NCBI GenBank assembly: GCA_051362555.1
Contig: CM120649.1
Location: forward strand, 1,302,001-1,366,000
Direction: 5' to 3'
Source of the DNA: Lingula anatina
Taxonomy: Eukaryota > Animalia > Brachiopoda
DNA: 64,000 nt
Shown: positions 12,301-23,900 of the stretch, in pieces
How the letters are laid out: each line of letters begins with the position of its first letter
Numbering within the stretch: position 1 is the first letter of the stretch
The notes under the pieces: generated by a model
Databases searched by the model: none
The model's input: only the letters and a program-made list of their open reading frames with translations
What the model was told of the DNA's origin: nothing
Position numbers and translations under genes: made by a program

Positions 12301-14117
12301 TCATGATGGCAAGTGTAGAAGCATGACCTCTTGTGGCATGTATAGTGGAATTAGACAGTCTCAGAAAACTCCCTGATAATGCGTGAACAATACTGGTAGC
12401 GTTTTGGGGCAATTCGGACTGCAAAACGGAGTCTTTTATTTCGCATTCCCCGTGATCTTCATCAAGAAACAGAGTGGTTCCAGTCGATGCAGAATTGTTC
12501 CCAAATGTACAAGATTCTATGACGGTCCTGCTACCACTAATATACAATGCACCGCCATAACTTATCTCTCCTAATGCCTTATTACCGATAAAAGTCGAGT
12601 CCCGAATTAATGTAAAAGTATTCGTTGAACTCATGATGGTGACCCCGCCCCCATGCCAATACCCAGTATTGTTTTCAATGTGCACATTGTCCATAACAAT
12701 ATCCATTGCGCTCGAGGAACCGCCATAGTAACACCGTATATCAAAACCTCCTCCTCGGTGGGGAAAATAATTATTAGCCAGGTTTACCCTTTCAAAACGT
12801 ATTGAAGAATTAGAGTACCCCACAGAAACATGAGAGCGGTTAATATTAGTCATAACAACACCCATAAGTGTGTCGTGCATATATGTCGTGTTTGAGGCAT
12901 CAGGTAGAAAGACACCTTTATTTTTGATAAAGTTTGTATCGAGTATGTATATATTGCTCCAGTCATCTACTTGGATGTTTACGACGCTGCCGTTTTGTAA
13001 CTGTAAGTTGGATTCAAAATGGCACTGTTTTATGTTGAGTTCCAGAAGAGTTTTAGTTGTGAAGTACAAACTGCTAGAGAGGTAATGGCCAATGTTGTCA
13101 AAAAATGTACTGCCTTCCACCACGGCCTTCACGCCACTATCTGAACTGACATGAACACCATTTGAATTATTCTGAAAAAGACAACCGCGTATAGTCAAGG
13201 TGAAACCAAGTGGACTGGGCGTCTGAGCCTCATGTTCGATAAGAATGACAGGCGAGGGTTTGATATTTGCTGCAGAAATGTCAGAGTCGTTGAAATTCCC
13301 GTAGAATATTATGTTTTCCATTGTAAGGTTAACGTATCCATGGACAGTTATGGCAGACCCATGGTAGGGTTTTACAACTTGGTGTGCTGTGCTGCCATTA
13401 GCAAATACCATGTTCTTAAATACCACGGTTGAAGCAAATCCGGGCTGTGACTGAATCCAAAATGCAGAACCGTTCTTTTGACAGTCAATATAGGCGTGGT
13501 CTTCGGAACAATTGCCCCAGGTGGACATATGCAATGATGATTCTTGAGGTGGAAATGTTATTGCTACCCCACCTGGTTGGCCATTCGGTCTATCGGGAAT
13601 GCATTCATAATACGTGTTGGCCTGTCCACATTCCAATAGAATTGAGAGATGGCGGTAACCACGTTGGGCTTCAACCACATGGGTATATGATCGACAAGGA
13701 CGGGTCTCCGTGCCACAGTATTCATCATCTAGCCCTTTGGAAGGAGAAACAAACCAGTCTCTACAGGCGCCTGGAACATTATATAGGTAAGAGCAAAGTC
13801 AAGGTAACTAACGCCCGATGCACTGGGCAAGAATTAACTTTAAACGTATAAGTCCGAGCCTTCCTTCACCCGGCAGAACACAGTCTTTTTTATAATTAAG
13901 AGTCTAGATGGGGTCTTAATATGAAGACGGATTTTAAAAGGACATTAATCAGCCATGCCCAATGTTTTAAGTTTGTGCTTGGCAATACAGTTGTGGCTTT
14001 ATGAATTTGGTGGCAAATCGCATATTAAATAAACATTATTAAACATATCAGCTTACCCCTTTTCAATAAGATGAGGGAAAAGCACAGAAAGTGCCATCCG
14101 AGACTCAGCCGTAACAT
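9326..14117 (-). CDS. Gene A: about 1501-aa signal-peptide, Pmp/pectin-lyase-like beta-helix, Cys-rich stalk, multi-TM receptor-like protein
   Basis: Exon 1 14117-14057 encodes MLRLSLGWHFLCFSLILLKR+G (signal peptide, phase-1 GTAAG donor). Exon 2 13770-9326 follows ttccag and begins ACRDWFVSPSKGLDDEYCGTETRPCRSY. FxxN and GG(A/G)x repeats, CxxCPGGGYC and REGTACGQC stalk motifs, about 9-10 hydrophobic segments and a WEG...RPFK...N motif are present. Confidence 0.9.
10086..10625 (-). repeat. 45-bp coding tandem repeat, 12 copies of CDRNDCCHRCPREKD
   Basis: Unit gtggacatctatgacagcagtcattccgatcacagtctttctcac. Sequence lines starting 10141, 10321 and 10501 recur with 180-bp (4 x 45) spacing. Confidence 0.97.
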
Positions 14118-14346
14118 CGTTGTATCGCTGAAAAATAAAACTGATTGGTTGACTGGTACAAGGCTATTGATCTCTTTAGCATTGATAGCTACAAAGAACA
14201 TGGGTTTCCGCAATAGCCAAGCGTACCCCACCCACAGGGACCAAACCTTGACATATATATATATATATATCATGCAACAAAAGCCACTACCGGGGTCTTA
14301 ATTACTGTTGTATGATGCCACTGAGGTGCAGTGTAGCTGTTGGCAC

Positions 14347-14585
14347 GAGTATGATGCCCCCATGTGAAACCCACAGATATGTATTAAATACCGTTGAAGT
14401 GCTGTATATGGTAGTTATAAAATGTACGAGTATGATGTACCCGTGTGAAACCCACAGATATGTATTAAATACCGTTGAAGTGCTGTATATGGTAGTTATA
14501 AAATGTACGAGTATCTCCCCGTGTGAAACCTACAGATATGTATTAAATACTGTTGAAGTGATGTATATGACAATTATTAAACACA
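14347..14585. repeat. 81-bp tandem repeat, about 3 copies
   Basis: gagtat...gtgaaaccc/tacagatatgtattaaatac... starts at 14347, 14428 and 14509. Confidence 0.9.
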
Positions 14586-15881
14586 AAGTGAATTATTTTC
14601 ATACAGTTAACTAACGGCCAATCTGGACGAATGTAGGCTTTCTTCAGACTGACACGAACACGTGTTGATCCTGTTACTTACTGACCAACCAGGACCCTCT
14701 GATAAAGTATGATAAAGGCTACCTCCAGGTTGGCTGTAAGCTAACGGTAATTTAACGGTATGAAAATAGTGCAGCCTGTGTTTTATAATTATCATATATC
14801 ATACAATATATATCATACAATTATCAAATATTACTATATAATTAACATATGTGATCCAAATTCTAGGCTAATGAACATTTCTGATCATGGAAAGTACTAC
14901 TTTGCAATTTATTAAAGGTCGTTTATTAGAGTAACTTATATAGTAAATTTGAGATAAGCTCTTCTATTTTTTTACTTCTCCCTGATTTACACGCAAATTA
15001 CGCGTGTCTAAATACAGCCTAAAATCCAGTGTGAATCATAATTTCCAAGTTTCGCACCTGTCTAGGTGAAGGATTATTTACCTGTAGTAAATAAAACTGT
15101 TTGTTGCCAGACTCCCGATTCAAGTTTAATGTCACAAGAAAAGGTTTCTCTTGCCCTGTAGTCGGTGATGTATGTTAATCTCCCTTACCTTTACATTACC
15201 TTTCATTTCGCACTTATATAAGAGCGGACATAAACGAGGCCGTTACAAATTCACACAAAGTCCTCGATACCTTTTTGTGTGAGTGTTTCCATTGTGAATA
15301 CGTGCAATACATTTACATTGTTGTTGTACACGGGAAAGGGATTGAAAAAGCAGTGCCTTTGTTGTTTTATTTGTGATTTAAAGTGTAAAATCCAGTTCAA
15401 AGGCTGGCCTTTTGGAACGATAAATTATATGTACTTGATTAAAAACATGCCGTTAAATGCCCGCGTGGCCTGTTTTATCCACACTATTTACATGAATATG
15501 TGTTAAACATTGCTCCTGCTTACCTTTCTTAGTTCGGGAATGTTCTAATGGCGTGGTGTGGAATGGAGAACCTCTCTGTATAAATGGAAGTTTGGACTTT
15601 ATGCTATAAATAGAAATAACATACACTGGTAGACTGCATAAGACTCATATCTTTTAGGTAGTTTACGTGGGCCTAGACATTATTAATTTTTTAAGTATGC
15701 AGTAAGAAACACAGGCAATGAATTTGGCACCCGTCCAGGTACTTGTAAAATAAGCAATTTGGTGCGATAAAAGACAAAGGACTAGTAATATCAAACTCTT
15801 CAAGAAAGAACAAACTTAATGTTTCAAAAGGTTTCGTTTTTCTAATAATCAGTGACGATTAGTAATTTATTTTTCTCTTAC

Positions 15882-16003
15882 CTGTAATTTCACTTCTTAC
15901 TTCAAGTAAAAGGTGACCTAACGGACGCCGTAAAAACACACCAAGTCCAAATGGAAACTGTTCCTTTTGTTTTCTTTTGTTGTTGTTTAAACAATGAATG
16001 CAT
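15882..16003 (-). other. Putative 5' UTR exon of gene A
   Basis: Strong minus-strand donor (CAG|GTAAGAG at 15882/15881), conserved with 5222-5351; lies about 1.8 kb upstream of the signal-peptide exon. Confidence 0.4.
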
Positions 16004-16203
16004 AATGCCGCAACCTTGAAAGCAGACTACTTTTGTTGTTATTTTTGAGACCCATAACGTGTAAACACATGTACAGACTCTGACCTGTTAATGTAAGCCC
16101 ACCTTGACGGCAGCTTGACAACACCTTGAAAAAAAAAGAAACATGGCTGTTGCATATAAAAGTTAGCGTCAGCTATACGGCCCTTACACCCCCATCTATT
16201 TAC

Positions 16204-16243
<40 letters not shown>

Positions 16244-17199
16244 TAGTGCCTGTTGCAAATTCAATGTAGATAGCAATATAACATACCTGTTGTCCGGGGA
16301 TACATTCTTTTCTCAGCATAATTTCCCTATGTACTTTTTGTTTAATACTGTGTTAGTGCGTACCTGCGATGTGTGTGTGTGTTAGCTTTTAAACTCGTAT
16401 AAAAAACGTTTAGCCCCTAAACGGATTTTGAAATATCTGCAAACTTCTCAAACTAGAAAATGCTGAACATGTTTAGCAGTGTGACACGTTTAGCAAAATA
16501 TTCAGCTTCTCCTGGAGGTCAGCACCTCCGACCCTGCTCTAGACTTTGATATAAGCATAGCTATCTCATCCCTTACACTTTTCTGTGGCAGATATTGGAT
16601 AGTCTGTTACAAAGTTTCTTTCCATCAAAGTTGAATAAAAACTCACATTGTGCAACCCAGTGTAATGATTGTGTTGAAATTATTTTCGTTTAAATGTTCT
16701 CGCGGTTCGTTTTGGTGTTTAATGTAACAAAAAAAGTTACTAAGATATGCATTGTGCCTCCTTTTTTCCACCTTAATTAGAGAAGCAATGGAGAGAAAAA
16801 GTCGCTTTAAAGTTACATTGCAACCGTGAAAATAACACTTTAAAGGATAAATACCCCAGTAAACACAAAATGTTATAAAAAACATCAAAACATTTCCATA
16901 AAATTGTAAAATTAGCATGATTTTAAATTCCTTTTTTAAAAATCATCAACATCCATAACAACATCCATGTTTTTAAATTTTTTGACATCATGCATAAGGT
17001 TTAGATACTTGTAACATATATTATGATCATTGGCCATTTATTTATAAATGATTTTAAAACATTTAAAACAGTACATCGTCAGATTATTGTGTTTTCTACG
17101 ATCCTAGATCTCTTGTGGAGTTCATTTTAAAATAAATTCAAATTTAAGAAGATTTTAAAGAAACAGTGTAAATTTTGGTTTATATTTCTCTCATCATTT

Positions 17200-18010
17200 A
17201 CACAAAATAAACTTCCATGTGCATCGCACGTGCATCGCACGCACCGTAGCCACCCAAGCACAATGGAATAAAAAAAATCCGCGCGTTTCCCGTGCGACAA
17301 GCGCACGCTGCACGCACGTAGCGGCTGTTGATCATGTCGAAACGTCTCTACGTGCTGTTTGCGTCCTCCAAAAGTCGCACGATGGACGTGCTCCTCCCGC
17401 ACGAACTCCCACGTTTTCCTCATTTTTTTGGCCGTAGACCACACGTAGCAGCCCGTACGTTCTGTTGGGACCTATAGGCTTAACCCTGTAAGATGGGAGC
17501 AAGTTACGCTTGCGGCTTCGCTGTTCGCAGGCTATTCTTAGAATCTTTTGGACATGTCCAACATCTTACCGTCTGTGTGTGAACTCGAAATTTCGTAAGA
17601 AAGACTTGCATGGGAAGTGAAATTCTGCGCAAAGTTTGGACGCAAACAGCCCGTAAGAGCCCGTACGGCCGGTTGTGACCGAGACTAAAGTTACACATAG
17701 GTTCAAACCCCGTTAATCATAGGGTGAACTAACGTCTTGGTATAATCTTGATATTATGTTGAGGAATTACGACTTGTGCGTAACTTACGCATAACGTGTG
17801 TGAACGGCGTCAACGATCGCATAACTTATTGCCCGCGTATGTGGGAAGTGTGAATCCTACGTTGACATACGTCGAAAAGTATTGTGCATGCACAAAATTT
17901 TTGTCCTACGACGTACAAGTATATACCGGTGTGCTTCAGCGTGCTCTAAACGAACAAAACTTTCCCATAACTTACTCGACGTACGCCAGCGTATTGGCCA
18001 AATTTTCCAT
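17200..18010. mobile_element. Cluster of GC-rich DNA transposon end fragments (Harbinger-like)
   Basis: Includes a terminus ending ...cccgtacgttctgttgggacctataggctta (about 17480), the copy of the 7240-7428 end, and a cgta/tacg-rich fragment at 17775-18010. Confidence 0.5.
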
Positions 18011-18011
18011 A

Positions 18012-18946
18012 CCTTTACACTGGACGGCATCTTTTCTGCCACCTCTGTGCGACCATGAAACTGGTCAGGACGCCGTCGGACGCTCGAAGAACGCACTGTG
18101 ATCGGTTAGGTCGCACACAGAACGTTCAAAACAATCGCAGAGAGAACGTGATAGAGGATGGACGCTGCACGGTCGCTCAATGGACGCAGAGAGGACGCAC
18201 AAACATCGCCGGTGTCGCAAAATAAAAGCTCAAAAATCATCCAGTGTTCGGCACGTAGAATATTATTTTTAACACCCAAACGGGGCCGTGCTGAGGTATC
18301 TTTCACAAGACAGGAATTCTAAGGGCAACAGTGTTCTCACATCAGCCTTCGATTGCTTTTCAAACGAATATTTTGCATTTTTTTACAAGATGCAGTTATT
18401 GGCAGAACTTTTTGCAGAATGCGTCATCCGAAAACGGATTTAAACGTTCTATGTTGTTCCAGTCATCCTTTCTCGTTTTCGGCGCCTGTCCATCCTTCTT
18501 ATAAGGATAACACTGATCATCTGACTGATTATCAGTTCATTCAGACCTTGCAAAACTGTAGTTTAAAGCGTTTATTCCCATTTATTTGTTAAGTTTTCTG
18601 GAAATGTTCTTAATTGGATGACCTGGTTAGAACCGATGAAAAAATATGAGTTAGAATATAGAAGACGCCCAAACAACGCCCGTCGGTCAAGGAGGATGCA
18701 GAATGGTCGTAGAATGGACGCCAAGGGTCGCCGATGAAGGTACAGAGAACGCAGCAAGGATGCTCAATGGTCGCTCAAACATCGTGGGTAGCACAGGGGA
18801 CGCGCAGGGGAGGCAGGCCGGTCGCTCATTGGATGCAGTGAGACACTGAGACACGATTTAATTGCTTTGGCGACCGTTAAGCGTCCTGACCACATTTTTG
18901 ATCGCAGAAAGGACGCAGAAAGGACCCTGTCCAGTGTAAAGGGGCC
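18012..18946. mobile_element. Non-autonomous TIR element (PIF/Harbinger-like)
   Basis: 14-bp perfect inverted repeat cctttacactggac (18012) and gtccagtgtaaagg (18929-18942); the right end continues ggcc followed by TTA. Internal subterminal repeats ggacgcag and ggtcgctca. Confidence 0.7.
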
Positions 18947-19738
18947 TTATGCAACTAAACACAGCCTTTACTTCAAAAACGCCTACTTTTAAGTAGGTCA
19001 AATTAGCCTTATTTTCGGCAAAATAGTCCTTCCTTTTGGTAAGTATATAGGACTTGTGCCAAAAAGACAAATAATTGTACTTTTTACGGACGACCTACGA
19101 AAATGTTGCACATTTAGTGTGGTCAACGGTGATCAATATGTCTTAAACATGTACAAAGCCAATTGGCCACATATACAGCATGTAAGCCAACTAATGCCAG
19201 CATATAGTTTCGATTAGTACATGTATAACTAAGAGAATTACTAAAAGGCATCGTATAATTATACCTGAAAATGATGTTTGAAGGTATTTTTCTTCTAGCA
19301 ATGGGCAGAAAAGTAGGTCACGAAAGTAGGTTAAATTTTTGACCAAAAATTTAAAGAAAGGAGAAGTCTAAAGCTCTTTTACGGCTGATCGAGTGATGTA
19401 TTCAGATTATCCCTTCGCATGTCGAATTTATTTGACTCATATAAGAAGCTAGTGAAAGTAGTTTATAAAAAAATATGAATCCACACTCCACCGAAGCTCG
19501 GTTCCTATGTACCTGTAATTTACAAAGTTACTCTTTTAAATATCATCTATATAGAGAAATCACACTTGCAAAAATGGAAATGGTTTAAAACAATATCGAC
19601 GTTCACCCTATCAGGAAAAAACTCAAACACGTATTTTCTGTTCAAATCCTAAACTTCAATTTATTCAGCAAAACACATACTTGACATTTAATATGGAATA
19701 TTTCAGTTTTAAAGGTATACCTAGGTAAAATGCGTCCT

Positions 19739-19739
<1 letters not shown>

Positions 19740-19780
<41 letters not shown>
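19740..19780. repeat. poly(A) tract
   Basis: Run of about 41 A. Confidence 0.95.
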
Positions 19781-19782
<2 letters not shown>

Positions 19783-20931
19783 TAGATCTCACATAAGATA
19801 TCTGACTGGAGAAGTATGAAGTCAGGTGTGTCGCTACTAATAAACTGACTACCAAAACCATCCGTTTTGAATGAGGGGCAAGTTGTTACCAAAACGTGTT
19901 TTTCAAGGTTCTTAGCGAACACCAAGATGGCTTCAGTACGTTAGGATATCAGGCGACCTCTGAGGAAGCCACTGTAAACAGCAAAACATCGATGTATGTT
20001 TTTTTAATGAAATAGGGACCATGACCGTTTCTGTGTAAAACACTGAACCGCGTGGCTTTCTTTACTGAGGTCAGATTTCACCTGTACCGCTGAACTGGTC
20101 AAAACAGAGTTTACAGGCATCATGAAGAGGCCTACGACAAGGCGTGTGCCACTTCTTAAATGAGTAGGGTCAATGACAGCGTCACTATTTGGAGTGGATA
20201 CAGCATTGGAGCCAAAACATTGATGGAAATCGTCGACGAAAACCTGAACCAGATCAAATAAATGATACTCTGGGAACCACTTGGCCATCATTTGATAGGG
20301 GGCAGTTTATAGGAACAATTTTAGGTTGCACGGTGAGATTGCCGGTTCACACAGATTACTTACAGAACCAAGGAAATTAGCAGTTACCTTGGTCATCAAT
20401 ATCGCCATATTTGTACCACATGGTAGGTCATTACTCGCAGAATCAACCAAATTGGACAAGTTTTAACCGTTGCCTGGAATTTGATTCCAGAATAAACTCT
20501 AAAAACCTACCCTTAAGAATGCCTTGCCGCTTGAAAACTCTGGTAGCAGCAAGACGAAGTCTGGCGTAATAGCGGTCATTGCTGTGACTAGACATTGACA
20601 TGAGGGGCCTTTGTGGGGCGTGTAACTCTTTTAAAGACGATAATTTGGAAAATATGGAGATCCAAAATATCGCTTTCAATTGTTGTCGTATGACTTAAAA
20701 TAGGTGATGTATTTTTGTTTGCTTCACTGGCGAATTTGATTAATGAACTGATTTCACAATGACATTGAACAAATTAGAAAAAGTTTTTAAAACACGATTT
20801 TAATACTTATTTTTATTTATTAGTCAGCAAAATAGGAAAAACTCATTAATTATGATTTGGAGAAAATATTCCATATTAAATGCCAAGTCTATATAAATTT
20901 AGAATCTTAAGTAAAAAAGCAGTTGTTCACA

Positions 20932-23900
20932 TTATCTAACCAAACACGCACAAACACACCTTAATATAAGGAGTAAACACATCAACAAAGGGAAAAACAA
21001 AAGAGCTAGTTGTGCTCTATCAGCAGCTATTAACACCTCCTCACTAATAGCCAGTGGATGCCCAGTGCCGAAATCTCCAACTTGAATAGCGTTTAACGCG
21101 CCGACTATTACCAAAGTTAAACTAGACAAGCCATATACTATATTGGCATTAGGGTACTTAAATGGTCGTGTCCAGGTTATAAAGAACAGATGGGCGCCAC
21201 TAAGAGATATAAGGATAGGTATTCTTACCGCCTGGTTACTCAACGTAACTTTGCTCACCGTGGTAAATATAAAAAGATATAACATTTCAAAACCTTCCCA
21301 AGCCGACATAAGAAAACCGTGGAGGCAGGCTGTATTAAATTCGCACGTGCATGCACAGTCGTTTTTATTGTTTTTCCGTTCATAATTTTGGTTCTCTTCA
21401 TTTTGAATACTTTTCCTTTGACCATCTTCATTTTCCTCATTTTTCTGTTCATCCTTTCGACCTTCTTGTGCAATGTCGTCAAATATCGTTGTGATACAGG
21501 CCATAAGTAACTTCGATGGACATTGGCAATTCAGTTTACAAGAGCATTTGAAGAAGCAAGACATAATAAGTATCATAAGGCCAAGCGGCAATGTAGGTAG
21601 TCCAGGAAGGATACACAAAGAAAACCGAATTACAGGTAATTCCTGTTTACATTCTTCCTTACATGGACATCTATGACAGCAGTCATTCCGATCACAGTCT
21701 TTCTCACATGGACATCTATGACAGCAGTCATTCCGATCACAGTCTTTCTCACATGGACATCTATGACAGCAGTCAATTCGATCACAAACCTTCTCACATC
21801 GATTATATGATAAATACATAACAACAAAAGGGTAACACCCTAGAAATACAATTAACCAAACACTGACGCCAATCAAATGATTATTTGTCGAAGATATGGT
21901 ACCATTAGTAAATTCCCTATACAACCCCTTCTCGGCATATGTAGGGACGAGGACGCTTACACACGTAGGGGTAATTAAACCAAAGAAAAAATGCCACACA
22001 GAGAAATAGTGCTTCACACATATGTAAAGGAATGTGCCCTTTACATCATCTTCAAATCTATCTGGGGTAACGCAATGGAGACACGATGTCTGAGTATCCT
22101 GTGTATTATTTCCGTCCTGATCCAATGAGTTTTCACTTGGAGGATCTACTGTTTCATCGGGTCCCCGGTCACCGGTGTTTGTATGTTCACCTGGAGGCTC
22201 TACCGTTTCATCCTGCATTTGAGAAGAGTCATGTGTACTTCCACTTGGGATTTCCTCTATTTTATCGAACCCCTGAAAACTGACGTTTGTATATCTACTT
22301 GTATTCCTTCTGGTATTCCCACTTAGATGTTCTGCTGTCCTACCGCGTCCCTGATCACTGACACTTGTGTTTTTACTTGGAGTCTCCCCTGCTTCATCGC
22401 GTCCCTGATTACTGCCGTTCGTATTTTCACTTGGAGGCTCTGCTGCTTCAGCGTGCCCCTGATCACTGGCGCTTGTATTTTCATTTGGAGTCTCCCCTGC
22501 TTCATCGCATCCCTGATCACCAATGTTTGTATTTCCATCTGGAGGCACTACTAATTCATCGTGCCTCTGAGAAGAGTTATGAGCACATCCACTTGGAATT
22601 TCCTCTGTTCTATCAAGCCCCTGAAAACTGACGTTTGTATATCCACTTCCACGATTCTCTGTTTGAACTCGATCTTGCGAGCTAGCATTTGTATTTTCCG
22701 TTGGGGTTTGTTCTACTTGTTGACATATATCACAGTAAAGACGCACCAAAGTTATAAATATAAAAACCAAAGACAATATCGGCAAAGCAAAAAGTAGACA
22801 AAGAAGTTGAAAAGCGGCCTCTGAATCATGTCGAGTTAATGTAAGCGGGGGATAAGTTGTAACCTTAAGTTTTTCTACCGGAATATGAGGAACCACATTA
22901 AATATACCGTCATTGACTTCATAGGCGAAGAAAGTAGGGTAAAAGAAGAAAACGATATTTTGCAGGGTTGCAAAAAGTGAAGGCTTGCCTTTCTTGCAGC
23001 AAGGCTTGTCTTTCTTGCAGCAAGGCTTGTCTTTCTTGCAGCAACATTCGCTCTTGATTTTCTTCCCGAAACATCTACACAAATAAAACCCATAATATAC
23101 CAGTGTTGCTAAGATAGGGATAATTATTATGATGCCAATCAAATAATTCATTGATGACCTCAATAAATCATTCGGATAACACATGTCTGTAACTTTAATG
23201 GCGTCAAGGAATCTGAAGGCTAGTGAAAACCCTTCTTTACATTGGCCACATGCAGTTCCCTCTCGGTTCCCGCTACACGACTGTGGATTATCACAAATGT
23301 ACTTGTCACAGCATCTATTGGGCTTGCATGATATGCATGTAAAACGTTTCATAGTATCAAAGTCTTCCTGGTAGCACCAGTTATTGTGGCGTGAATGTAT
23401 ATCTCCAGTATGGCAGTAACCTCCACCAGGGCAATCGAGACATTCGAGGTCGGTCCTGTTAGTGGATGCATAATCAGAAATTTGGGCAGCGCCGAGCGTG
23501 TAGGTGGTCCCAGGACACATGTGGCAGTGGAACACGTTCAGATGGGCAAATGGCATAGTCGTATTCTGAATGTAGTTGTATTTAACAGGACACACAATCT
23601 TCGAGCCATGGAGAAGCTCAATGTAATGTTTGGGCTTGTAACCTTGAACAAGCGGTTCTCGTGACATGACGGCAAGTGTAGAAGCATGACCTCTCGTGGC
23701 ATGTATAGTGGAATTGGACAAACGCAGCAAACTCCCTGATAATGCATGGACAATATTGCTAGCGTTTTCGGGCAAGTCAGATTGCAAGATGGAATTTTTT
23801 ATTTCGCATGTGTAGTGAAATTCGTCGAGAAACAGAGTGGTTCCAGCTAACGCAGAATTGTTCACAAAAGTACTTGATTCTATAACGGTAGTGCTACCAC

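Noticed and set aside
11900-13770. Bacterial horizontal transfer or contamination suggested by Pmp-like repeats in a huge exon
   Set aside because: The genes have a spliced signal-peptide exon, eukaryote-type Cys-rich stalk and TM region, and host-like flanks. No direct evidence for recent transfer without a phylogeny.
19309-19332. aaaagtaggtcac..aagtagg motif, also present inverted at about 60978-61001
   Set aside because: Probably ends of a common dispersed repeat, but element boundaries could not be defined.
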